A DNA stretch of 64,000 nucleotides, taken from NCBI GenBank assembly GCA_964016885.1, contig OZ024742.1, forward strand, positions 357,368,001-357,432,000, in the 5' to 3' direction. The notes under the pieces are model-generated. The model saw nothing but the letters and a program-made list of their open reading frames with translations, searched no databases and was not told the DNA's origin. The stretch comes from Eledone cirrhosa (Eukaryota). Shown here one piece after another: positions 27,624 to 39,900 of this stretch (the stretch's first letter is position 1; every line of letters starts with the position of its first letter). Made by a program: the position numbers and the translations under genes.

Positions 27624-29440
27624 CCGTTTTACGTCCGTTCTTCCCCGCTAGCATGGGTTAGACAGGTTGTCCTGTTGTGGGCAGTGTCTGGTCGGCTGAC
27701 CATGCCTTGCTCATACAGGAACTGATTTGGCTTGATTTCTACAGCTGGATGCCCTTCCTAACACCAACCTCATTTACAGTGAGTGCTCGGTGCTTTTTCG
27801 TGGCACCTACACGTCCACTTTACAGTGTGGGCTGGGTGCTTTTTTGCCGTGGCACCTCCACGACCACCTTGCAGTGGAGGGTGTGGGGGCATATTGTCTA
27901 TATGCTTCAGCTTGTACCCATGGGAGGTCGGGTACTCTGTATTACTGCGTGACGCCAGAGGTCACGGTCGTGTGTCATCGCCTTTGAGAGGTGTAATTGG
28001 GTAAGGTCGGCTTTTATCACCTCATCCCCGGTCATCTTGGGTCTCCCCACTCCGCGGTTTCCCTCGACTTCTAGTGCTCTGCACCTTTTTATGCAGCTGT
28101 CATCCTTCATACACATCACATGTCCATACCAACGCAACCGCCTCTCCTGCACACAGCATTTGATTCCTCTTATGCTCAGTCTCTCTCTCAATTCATTTAT
28201 GCTTTGTCGTTCGCGTATATTACTATTACAAATCCACCGGAGCATGCAGGCTTCGTTTCTCTCTAATCTACGTAAGTCTTCCACCTTCAGTGCCCAGGTC
28301 TCACTACCATGCAACATTGTTGTTCAGATACACGCATCATACAGTCTGCTTTCATTGTGAGGGAGAAGCCTTTTGCAGCTAGCAGTGGTAGTAGTTCCCT
28401 AAACTTCTTCCATCCCGTTCTTACCCTAGTTATTGTACTTTCTGAACACCCACCTCCGCTGCTAATTCGATCACCTAGGTAGCAGGAGCTGTCTACTGTT
28501 TCTACAGGGCCCTCCCAGAGATTGGTGGTACTTGTTTCCTGTGGCTGTTTGCTTACTGTTTCAGCACAGCTGCTGCATGTGAAGCCTACATTCTTAATTA
28601 AGCTTCCTGAGATCCCGCTACATCTCTTGTGTACCCATTATTTGCATTTGGGGCAGAGAATGGAGTTCCTACCTACACCTTTCCTACATACTGAGCAAGG
28701 CCATTTCCCTGAGGGGATCTGGGTTCTGTTTTCTCGTCTACTTATAAGGACCTTAGTCTTTGTCATGTTGACTTTGAGACCCTTTCTTTCTAGTCCCTGC
28801 TTCCAAATTTGGAATTTCTTCTCTAGTTCTACCATAGATTCAGCTATAAGTGCGAGGTCATCAGCATACAGGAGTTCCCATGGGCATCCGGTCTTAAACT
28901 CCTCCGTTATTGCCTGCAGGACTATGATGAACAGGAGGGGGCTAAGAACAGAGCCCTGCTGGACTCCAACCTGTACGCTAAATTCCTCGCTATACTCATT
29001 GCTAATCCTAACTTTGCTGACTGCTCCCCTATACATGGCTTGTACCGCTTTCACAAGCCATTCATCTACTCCTAGTTTTCTAAGAGCCCACCAGATTACA
29101 GCACGTGGAACTCTGTCAAAGGCTTTCTCAAGGTCGACAAATGCCAGGTAGAGTGGCTTACTTTTAGCTAGGTACTTTTCCTGTAACTGCTCACAAGGAA
29201 GAGGGCATCAGTGGTGCCTCTTCTTGGTACAAACCCAAATTGCATCTCGTCTGGTTTCACCTGGTCCCTAATCAACTGTGCTATAACTCTTTCTGTTACT
29301 TTCATGACCTGGTCCATCAGCTTTATACCTCTATAGTTTCCTCTATCTAGTGCATCACCTTTACCTTTGTAGCAGTTGACAATGATGCTACTGCACCACC
29401 TTCTAGTATTACCTGGTTAACAATACGTGTGGTTATAAAT
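27590..29440 (-). mobile_element. RTE LINE (PHD-bearing subfamily 2), RT to 3' tail
   Basis: YRGIKL, FVDLEKAFD, GVQQGSVLSP, LYADD, PHD finger, RRLRWYGH; (ATG)n tail. Confidence 0.93.
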
Positions 29441-30076
29441 GTTTCTTCCAAATACTATCATTCTTTCACAGGATAAAAAATACTCTAGCTCTGAAGAGTA
29501 GTTGACCCTCTATAATACATAAGTGTATCACATATCCAGAATAGTGATGATGTTTCACAAACAAATATTTTTATCACACTCATATTTATATGAGCCAGTT
29601 CTCTGATTACTTCTCAAAAAGCCACAATAAAATAGCCTTCTATATTCTATTAATATCCATCTCATCTTCTATTAAACCTTTAGCCTTTACATTACTCTAT
29701 CTTTACTATTGTACTTGCATGGTAAAAGCTTTACCTCACATAATATCGAATCCATGAGATTTTGATATTATGTTGAGAATAATACCTTAACGGTATGAGT
29801 GGCCTGTTATGGCTGCTTTGAACAGAAAAAGGTGAGAGAATTCTGGCCAGGGTTAATGCTAAAGGGTTAATATAAATGTTTGCTCCTCTCAGCTTACACA
29901 ATACATATGATCTTTTTCTAGATCACCCACTCTTCGTATCTTTCTTATTCTTGTCATCCTGATTGCATTTCATTCAATAAACCCATGCTAGATACTTCAC
30001 CCAACCCTTCCGGCCCACATTTTACTAACAGACTTAACCTTCATTGGATCAAACAGAACAGATATCTTCCCTGGTG

Positions 30077-30128
30077 CTGTTGTTGCTGTTGCTGCTGCTG
30101 CTGCTGCTGCTGTTGCTGCTGCTGTTGT

Positions 30129-30172
<44 letters not shown>

Positions 30173-30197
30173 TTGTTGTTGTTGTTGTTGCTGCTGT

Positions 30198-30271
<74 letters not shown>

Positions 30272-30283
30272 TTGTTGTTGTTG
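30077..30283 (-). repeat. Mixed (CAA/CAG)69 trinucleotide repeat
   Basis: 207 bp in which only the third position varies. Confidence 0.95.
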
Positions 30284-30379
30284 AAGAAGAAACAGGTCAA
30301 CTTTGACCTGACCTATGACCAGAGATATTTCTATCACCATTCTATGTTTTTGTTTTTCTATTATTTTGGTTAGGAATTA

Positions 30380-30535
30380 CAGCTATTTAAGTTCTGAGTT
30401 CAAATACTGCCAAGATTATCTTTGACTTTCATCCTAACAGGATCGATAAAATAAAGTACCAGTAATGCCTGGGGTAAATTTAATCGACTTTCCTTTCTCC
30501 TCCAAACTGTTAGCCCTGTACTTAAATCAAAAACC
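30380..30535 (+). mobile_element. Nin-like SINE fragment
   Basis: GAGTTCAAAT...CTTTCATCC...GATAAAATAAAGTACCAGT. Confidence 0.75.
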
Positions 30536-30894
30536 TTTTTAGAGTGTGGGGGTGGGGGGGGGGTGTACTACATTATCCAGTGTAAGAGATTAGGATATAA
30601 GCTGTGAGAGTTCAGCTGCTATTTCTAGCAGACTGAGTAAGCATTCAAGACTACTTTGTTAGTTAATATGGCAGGTGAAGACTGTTCTGGTAGGATTTAA
30701 ATTCAAAGCAATAAACAGCACACTCATAAAACATTCACAGTGAATTTCACTTTCTCGTGAACGTGAGAAAAAGAAAAACAGACAGACTGGGATGTAGAGT
30801 AGAATATTAATATGAATAGGATTACAATAAGATTGTGAAGACTGGTCATCAAGCCAGACAGACTCTCATTGTATAGTACTTTGTAGTTTAGCTA

Positions 30895-31098
30895 TCATTG
30901 TATTGGTAGAACATCGGACAACATGCTTTGTGGCATACAGTGATGGCCCTCTATATTCTGAGTTCAAATCACGCAGATGTTAGCGTTGCCTTTCATCCTT
31001 ATGGGGGTTCATAAAATAAAGTACCAGTAACACACTGGGGTCGATTTAATTGACTTTGCCTTCCGCAAAAATTGTTGACCTTGTGCCTAAATTAGAAT
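30895..31098 (+). mobile_element. Nin-like tRNA SINE
   Basis: B box GAGTTCAAATC, GCCTTTCATCC...AAAATAAAGTACCAG. Confidence 0.75.
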
Positions 31099-31241
31099 TC
31101 CTTATATGTTGTAATGATTGTATCAGCAGAACATTGAACAAAATGTTTTGCAGTGTTTAGTTAAACTTTCTACATACTGAGTTCACATTTCACCCTTGTC
31201 AACTATGTCTTTCATCCATCTGAAGTCAATAAAATAAGTTA

Positions 31242-31884
31242 GCTGGTGCAAATTGTGAGAAAAGAAATAGTACTACGGCCATCTAAAAACATCTGACTGA
31301 TAAAATGACAAGTCAGGTAATTATATTGGTGGCCACCCCACAGCCCCAGCAGACAGAATGGAGAAGGTGTTTCCCCAGAAGACGGCAAGGGAGATACGCT
31401 GGAAAAGCCATTCCAGCTCACGGGGCTCACACCTGCAATTGACCAGCTCAGCACCTATGGTGGTGAGTAGGGAGGTAGCCCTAGGGCCAAAGACAACAGA
31501 AGTCTCCTCTGCTAAGGCTACCTGTTGGAGAGCGACCGGTATTTGAAGAGTTTGACCCCCTCAGCCCGACGTGCAGCAGAATCTGGGTTAGTTGCAGACT
31601 GTACCAGGTTGCAGCTGGAGAAAGTGTCAGTGCAAGTGGCATCCCAGACGAGGGGTTTGTCACCGCAGAATGGGAAGATGGTTATGCCATCTGGCCGTTT
31701 GCCAGCCCCTCGGTCCAGCCCCACCGCCTTGAGCTGGGAAGGGAAGCCTGCAGTATATAAGCCGTGCTTTATGACCTTGTTGAGGGCAGCATGGCGTGGA
31801 AGGCAGGATTCTTTCGGTCTCCACCCGCTTTCCTGTTGCCACAGTGCCAGCCGCCTTCCATGCCATGCTGCTCTCAACGAGATC
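31242..31884 (-). mobile_element. CRE-like non-LTR retrotransposon 3' fragment (restriction-like endonuclease) inside a SINE, with 13 bp TSD
   Basis: RHAALN...KRPDG...LVWDATCTDT...K..KY...QRISLAVFWGN; ATAAAATAAGTTA at 31229-31241 and 31885-31897. Confidence 0.85.
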
Positions 31885-32600
31885 ATAAAATAAGTTACCA
31901 GCTAAGTAGTGGGATTGATTTAATCAGCTTTCCTCTTCCTCAAAAGTAATGGCCTTGTGCCTATAAAGAAACAGTTAATTACCGGGATCAGTATAATTGA
32001 CTTTCCTTTTCCTCAAAATTAATAGTCTTGTGCCAATATTAGAAATACTCATAAGTGCATTGTATTCTGAGCAAAGAATTGCTCTCATCTTCACTTATAT
32101 ACAAATCTGTAATTCCTGATGGGGTGTAGTGACATACAGCATGTTTTGGGAACCTATCCCTCTCCAGATCCGAACACAGCTGATTTCTTCGAGAGAGGTA
32201 TGGAGGGTCAGAGAGAGAGATAAAGTAAGAAAGAGAGATGAAGGAAGAATTGACCCCTATACTGGACTTGTACTTTTTTAATGACCTTGAAAGAATGAAA
32301 GGCAAAGTTGACCTCCAAGGTTTTGAATTCAGAGTGGAGAGAAAGGGAACAAATACCATGAGACATTCTAACTAATATTCTAATGACTGCCAATATTTTA
32401 CCTTGATTGATATCTAAATAGGGAAGAAGATACAAAACAAGTGTTGACTGGATGGTGGAATACTTTACTAACTGAAAGAATAATTGTTTCTACATACAGC
32501 ATAATTTGAATGGAAAAGGAACATTGAATAAATCAACCCCAGTGCATTACTGGTACTTTATTTTATGTAAGAATGAAAGGTAAAGCTAACCTTGGTGGGA

Positions 32601-32900
32601 TTTTTTCACACTTAGAGGTGCTGAAGCATGGAACAAACTACCTGCATCAGTTGTTAGCTGTTGGGACACTGCATCCTTCAAAACTTCCATGCTTCCCGAA
32701 ATTCGCCAATGCTACACCTGATATTCTTCCTCCATACATGCACATGCATGTGTGTGTCTGTATATCATGACTCATACACTGTTCACTTCCCTCACATTTA
32801 TACATTATTCTCTTTACTATGCATGCACTTTTGATGAGTTGTAGTGCACCTGAGCATGGAACACAATAATTTTCATTATTTTTATTATTTTTATTTTTAT
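32601..32900 (+). mobile_element. CR1/L2-group LINE 3' fragment inserted into a minus-strand SINE (about 32525-32962)
   Basis: FFTLRGAEAWNKLPASVVSCWDTASFK* matches the CR1 ORF2 end; (TTATTT)n tail; SINE halves rejoin across it. Confidence 0.75.
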
Positions 32901-33326
32901 ATTGGAACTCAGAATAAATATTGTAATGTTATTTTTTTCAACTCTCTACCGATTCTGCCAATTTAATTAAAAGAATAATGCCATGATTAAATTCGTCACT
33001 CCCATAATAATCAGATGTTGAGTATATTTCAAGAGGTGTAACCGTTAACCATCTAGATCCTCCATATAGTAAGAATTGCTATTTAAATAATCAACATTTC
33101 TAGACAAATATTTACCTTGCTGTCCACATTTGAAGTGAAATATATTTTGTATCTTCATTTTATATGACATAAATTCATAGGAAAAGAGTAAATAAACCAG
33201 ATTTGACAATGATTATGAAGTTTCTAGTAAGTTGATGAAACTTGCATAAGAATTTCTCCTCTTATTGATCTCATGAAAAGATTATGTTTGACATTGTAAG
33301 ACAGAGATTTGTAAACAAGAAATAAC

Positions 33327-33366
33327 CTAGTTGTGTTAATCCTGGATCAACCAAATTTTCAATGTC
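33327..33366 (-). other. Candidate 40-nt exon (copy b)
   Basis: ttttctagtttatttttAG|GACATTG...ACAACTAG|GTtatt. Confidence 0.35.
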
Positions 33367-33435
33367 CTAAAAATAAACTAGAAAACTACAGAGTTTATAA
33401 ACTTACAGTTACTTGTCCTCCACATCTCGTTATGT

Positions 33436-33640
33436 TGCGTGTGTGTGTGTGTGAGAGAGAGAGTGTATGTGTATGTGAGAAAGAAAGTGTGTTTATGAGA
33501 GTGAGAGAGAGAGAGAGTGAGAGAGAGACACAGAGAGAAAGTGTGTGTGAGAGAGAGAAGTGTGTGGGTGAGAGAGAGAGACAGAGAGAGAGAGAAAGTG
33601 TGTGTGTGTGTGAGAGAGATAGAGTGGAAGTATGTGTGTC
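33436..33640. repeat. (GA)n/(GT)n compound microsatellite
   Basis: Direct reading. Confidence 0.9.
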
Positions 33641-34611
33641 TGACATCGAAGGAGAATAAAAGTGATATTATATGGAAAAAGACAAGGTGTATCTTCAAAT
33701 TGAAAAGTGAAGGTTGCCTTAGATTGATATATTATCCTGATAGTTGTACAAGTAAACTACATAATCATTGTTATGAGGAAAATTAATCAAAACTTATCTT
33801 CATAGAAACATTAACTTTAACAATTCTCTCACCTCTGCAATATGTGTCAACTAACATAAATGTGTATTATAAATGATGGATTTACCAATTTACTCTGTCC
33901 ATAAGAGACAGCAGGAAATAACAATTATGATATGGTTTCATGCTAAGCTTTGGGGATAATATATATGGTGATTAAAATAATTAAATCATGCTACATTAAA
34001 TGCAGACTGACTACATTTGACTAAATCCCATCATAATTACCACAATTAAGGACATAATCTGATTTTAACTTCTTCAAATCTTAGTTAGTGCTTTAGTGAT
34101 AACATGACTTGAGTAGTTAGATTATTTTAAGTACAGATTTCATTCTACTTAGAATAAGATTTCTATTTCACTAGCATATTTATTTGCATATATATTTCTA
34201 TTGCAAATGGTTTTTGCTTCAAAAGAATCGAACACTTTGTGATCTGTGAGATTCTGAGCTCAAATCTCAGAATCTCACAGGTTTGAGCTCAGAATCTCAC
34301 AGGAGATCAGAGAATTTTCCATGTTTTTGGATGAGAAGAATTTGCAATAGTAATATATGTATATTTCTACTATATCAATTCATTAATATGACGGAGTAAA
34401 ATTATTACAGGTTGCAGGCACCATACTAAATACAAATACTAATAGAGAGTTGATACATTTTAAAACACTGCATGTTCTATATTTTTCAACAAAATCATTA
34501 AAGTGATTTTTATATAAAGTATCTTTTTATTGAATTTTTAGATTTTAAATACCCACAGAGGAAGATTTTATTCACTGGTGACATGGATTTAATCAAATTA
34601 TTTCAACTCAC

Positions 34612-34651
34612 CTAGTTGTATTAATTCAAGATCAACCCAATTTCCAATGTC
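34612..34651 (-). other. Candidate 40-nt exon (copy a)
   Basis: ttttctagttttatttctAG|GACATTG...ACAACTAG|GTGAGT, a strong donor. Confidence 0.45.
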
Positions 34652-34683
34652 CTAGAAATAAAACTAGAAAAGTGCACAGAATA

Positions 34684-34865
34684 TAATTGTTTCTACTTTT
34701 GGCACAAGGCCAGCAATTACCCACTACATTACTGGTACTTTATTTTATCGACTCCGTAAGGATGAAAGGCAAAATTAACCTCGGCGGGATTTGAACTCAG
34801 ATCGTAAAGGGACATAACTACGCTGGAAAGCATGTCTGACCCTCTACCAATACTGCCTATTCATC
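34684..34865 (-). mobile_element. Nin-like tRNA SINE
   Basis: Near-revcomp of the SINE at 36135-36320. Confidence 0.8.
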
Positions 34866-35118
34866 GCACTATTTCTTGCTCCCTAGATACACAAGTCTCA
34901 CATATATAAGTATTTGAGACCATACTGAATATATATATCAAATCAGGTTGTCTATTATGGTTGATGACTCAGATGTAGGGCAGCTGAAATATAATCATTC
35001 TTTTTAATTTATATCTAGTTTTATTCATGTATAATATATACCTTGTCTTATTCATATATAATATATATCTTGTCTTATTCATATATAATATATACCTTGT
35101 CTTATTCATATATAATAT

Positions 35119-35500
35119 ATCATCATCATCATCATCATCAACGTTTAACGTCCGTGTTCCACGCTTGCATGGGTTTGGACGGGGGTTTTCCCACTTGAGG
35201 CAAGAGTGATTGTCTTGCTCGCATAGGACTGTCTGGCGGGTTTTCTACAGCTGGATGCCCTTCCTAACACCAACCACATTTACAGTGTGGGGCTGGGAGG
35301 TTTTTACCGTGTTGCCTACATGGCCACATTACAGCATGGACTGTCTGGCGGGTTTTCTACAGCTGGATGCCCTTCCTAACACCAACCACATTTACAGTGT
35401 GGGGCTGGAAGGTTTTTACTGTGTTGCCTACACGGCCACATTACAGCGTGGACTGTGTGTTTTTTGTCGTTATACCTACACGATCTCATTTGTTTCGGCC
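35119..35500 (-). mobile_element. RTE 3' UTR fragment with internal 112 bp tandem duplication, inserted in a short 27-bp satellite array (35010-35598)
   Basis: Matches 14690-14958; GGACTGTCTGGC at 35226 and 35338. Confidence 0.85.
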
Positions 35501-35598
35501 TTGTCTTATTCATATATAATATATACCTTGTCTTATTCATATATAATATATACCTTGTCTTATTCATATATAATATATACCATGTCTTATTCATGTAT

Positions 35599-35875
35599 AA
35601 CTAGACCTGAAAAATGCGCAAGCTCAAAAAGCCACAGAATGTTATAATAAACCTTCAAAAGTGTGGGTCTAGAGTTGTTGCTCAAAAATATTGTAATCAT
35701 TATCTATTGTACATTCTAGATGTATTTATTGTGATATTTTTATAAAGGATGCCACAGAGTGTACGATAGATAATGATTACAATATTTTTGAGCAACAACT
35801 CTAGTTCCACACTTTTGACGGTTTATTATAACATTTTGTGGCTCTTTTGAGCTTGCACAGTTTTCAGGTCTAGTT
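35599..35875. mobile_element. MITE/fold-back element with ~115 bp terminal inverted repeats
   Basis: AACTAGACCTGAAAA...TTTTCAGGTCTAGTT; short non-palindromic centre. Confidence 0.8.
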
Positions 35876-35995
35876 TAATATTTTTTTAAGGCAACACCTG
35901 TAATAACTCTAGTTAAACATGATATATATTAATAATAAATTATCGTTGTAATGTAATTAGATTATATAATTGTTATTTTATAAATGATCTTATAT

Positions 35996-36118
35996 ATCAG
36001 TTCCTGTATGAGCAAGACAAGGTCAGCCGACCAGACAGTGCCCACAACAGGACAACCCGTCTAATCTATGCTAGCGAGGAAGAACGGACGTAAAACGGTG
36101 ATGACGATGATGATGATG
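35996..36118 (+). mobile_element. RTE/SINE 3' tail fragment
   Basis: Revcomp of about 27610-27727; (ATG)n tail. Confidence 0.85.
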
Positions 36119-36134
36119 AAATATTATTGTAAGA

Positions 36135-36320
36135 GGATTGGCAGTATTGGTAGAGGGTCTGACGCCATGCTTTGCAGCAAAGAGTTACGTCCCTTTATGG
36201 TCTGAGTTCAAATCCCGCCAAGGTTAACTTTGCCTTTTATCCTTACGGGGTCGATAAAATAAAGCATAAGTAATACACTGGGATAGGTGCTGTCCTTGTG
36301 CCAAATGTAGAAACAATTAT
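36135..36320 (+). mobile_element. Nin-like tRNA SINE
   Basis: TGGCAGTATTGG, GAGTTCAAATCC, GGGGTCGATAAAAT. Confidence 0.8.
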
Positions 36321-36637
36321 TGTAAGATGTATAAAAATATTTTCAGACTTTTAATATAAACAACTACAAAAAACAATCAATATTAAATAAATTTATTTTA
36401 CATAATAATTGTTATAGTTGAATTAATAAAAATTAAATATTACATACGAAAAATCTAACAATAATAATAAAATAATCTAACATAATAATAATAAAATAAT
36501 CTATCATAAAAACGAACAATAATATGGACAAATATACAAATTAATATGATGCAACCAATATTATTAGCATGATATAACGAACTGAAAAAAAAATAGTAAA
36601 TATAAATTTAAAAAATCATATATAAATTAAAATAATA

Positions 36638-36810
36638 ACTTACCAATACGAGTAAAATATTTTGAAGATAAACGACGAAATACAGGAGGAAGATTCGAAA
36701 GCTAAACGATAAATGAATGTGCAAACAAAACGGCGGATGCTTTTGAGCAGTAATTACTCTCGTTGGTTGATTAGCCAATAAGACGATGAAATTAGCCAAT
36801 TAGACGATAC
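36638..36810 (-). promoter_or_regulatory. Candidate promoter and first non-coding exon
   Basis: Two TTAGCCAAT boxes (about 36770-36802); locally CpG-rich unique DNA; GTAAGT donor on minus at 36643-36638. Confidence 0.4.
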
Positions 36811-36941
36811 ATTACAAAACATGTTTGGCAGGGAACACCATGGCCATGGACACCCCTTGAATATTTTATTCACAAGCTACGCATATATGGCAGACACGCT
36901 GACTTAAAACATTCTGTTGTTAGTCACTGCGTATCTAACAG

Positions 36942-39900
36942 ATATATACATTGTCTTATTTATATATAATATATACCTTGCCTTATTTATATATAATATA
37001 TACCTTATCTTATTTATATATAATATATACCTGGTCTTATTTATATATAATATATACCTTGTCTTATTTATATATAATATATACCTAGTCTTATTTATAT
37101 ATAATATATACCTTGTCTTATTTATATATAATATATATACCTTGTATTATTTATATATAATGTATAACTTGTCTAATTTATATATAATATATTACTTGTC
37201 TTATTTATATATAATATAAAACATGTCTTATATATAATATATACCTTGTCTTATTTATATATAATATATACCTTGTCTTATTCATATATAATATATACCT
37301 TGTATTAATCATATATAATATATACCTTGTCTCATTCATATATAATATATACCTTGTCTTATATATAATATATACCTTGTCTTATTTATATATAATATAC
37401 AACTTGTCTTATTTATATATAATATATACCTTGTCTTATTCATATATAATATATACCTTGTCTTATTTATAATAATATATACTCAGTATTATTTCTATAT
37501 AATATATACCTTGTCTTATTTATATATAGTATATACATTGTCTTATTCATATATATAATATATACCTTGTCTTATTTATATATAATATATACCTAGTCTT
37601 ATTTTTATATAATATATACCTTGTCTTATTCATATAAAATATATACCTTGTCTTATATATAATATTTACCTTGTCTTATATATAATATATACCTTGTCTG
37701 ATATATATATATACTTTGTCTTATTTATATATAATATATATACCTTGTCTTATTTATATATAATATATATACATTGTCTTATTTATATATAATATATACC
37801 TTGTGTTATTCATATATAATATATACCTTGTCTTATTTATATATCATATATACCTTGTCTTATTCATATATAATATATACCTTGTCTTATTCATATATAA
37901 TATATAACTTGTCTAATTTATATATAATATACACCTTGTCTTGTACATATATAATATATAACTTGTCTTATATAAAATATATACCTAGCCTTATTTATAT
38001 ATAATATACACCTTGTCTTATTTATATATAATATATACTTTGTGTTATTCATATATAATATATACCTTGTCTTAATTATATATAATATATACCTAGTCTT
38101 ATTTATATATAATATATACCTGGTCTTATTTATATATAATATATACCTTTTCTTATATATAATATATACCTTGTCTTATATATAATATATATACCTTGTC
38201 TTATTTATATATAATATATACCTTGACTTATTCATATATAATATATAAATTGTCTTATTTATATATATAATATATGCATTGTCTTATTTATATATAATAA
38301 ATTCCTTGTCTTATATATATATAATATATACCTTGTCATAATTATATATAATATATACATTGTCTTATTCTTATATAATATATACCTTGTCTTATATATA
38401 ATATATATATCTTGTCTTATTTATATATAATATATACCTTGTCTTATTCATATATAATATATACCTTGTCTTATATAAAATATATACCTAGCCTTATTTA
38501 TATATAATATACCCCTTGTCTTATTTATATATAATATATACCTTGCCTTATTCATATATAATATATGCCTTGTATTATATATATATAATATATACTTTGT
38601 ATTATTCTTATTTAATATATACCTTGTCTTATATATAATATATTCCTTGTCTTATATATATATAATATATACATTGTCTTATTTATGTATAATTTATACC
38701 TTGTCTTATTCATATATAATATATACCTTCTCTTATATACAATATATACCTAGCCTTATTTATATATAATATACACCTTGTTTTATTTATATATAATATA
38801 TACCTTGTCTTATTCATATATAATATATACCTTGTCTTATTTATAATAATATATAGCTAGTATTATTTATATATAATATATACCTTGTCTTATTCATATA
38901 TAAAATATACCTTGTCTTATTCATATATAATATATACCTTGTCTTATTCATATATAATATATAACTTGTCTAATTTATATATAATATACACCTTGTCTTA
39001 TACATATATAATATATACCTGGTCTTATTTATATATAATATATACCTTTTCTTATATATAATATATACCTTGTCTTATAAATAATATATATACCTTGTCT
39101 TATTTATATATAATATATAACTTATCTAATTTATATATAATATATACCTTGTCTAATTCATATATAATATATACCTTGTCTTATTTATATATAATATAAA
39201 ACTTGTCTTATATATAATATATATAAATTGTCTTATTTATATATAATATATACCTTGTTTTATTCATATATAATATATACCTTGTCTTATATACAATATA
39301 TACCTAGACTTATTTATATATAATATACACCTTGTCTTTTTCATATATAATATATACCTTTTCTTATTTATCTATAATATATACCTTGTCTTATATATAT
39401 ATAATATATATCTTGTCTTATTTATTTATAATATATAGCTTGTCTTATTCATATATAATATATACCTTGTCTTATTTATATATAATATATGCCTTGTCTT
39501 ATATATATATAATATATACCTTGTCTTATTTATTTATAATATATACCTTGTCTTATTCATATATAATATATACCTTGTCTTATTTATATATAATATATAC
39601 CTTGTCTTATTCATATATAATATATACCTTGTTTTATTCAAATATAATATATAACTTGTCTCATTTAAATATAATGTACACCTGGTCTTATTCATATTTA
39701 ATATATACCTAGCCTTATATATAATATATGCCTTGTCTTATTTATATATAATATATACTTTGTCTTATTTATATATAATATATACCTTGTCTTATATATA
39801 TATAATATATACCTTGTCATATTTATATATAATATATACGTTGTCTTATTCATATATAATATATATCTTGTCTTATATATAATATATATATCTTTTCTTA

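Noticed and set aside
29985-30373. Poly-Cys and poly-Leu ORFs
   Set aside because: Alternative frames of the trinucleotide repeat
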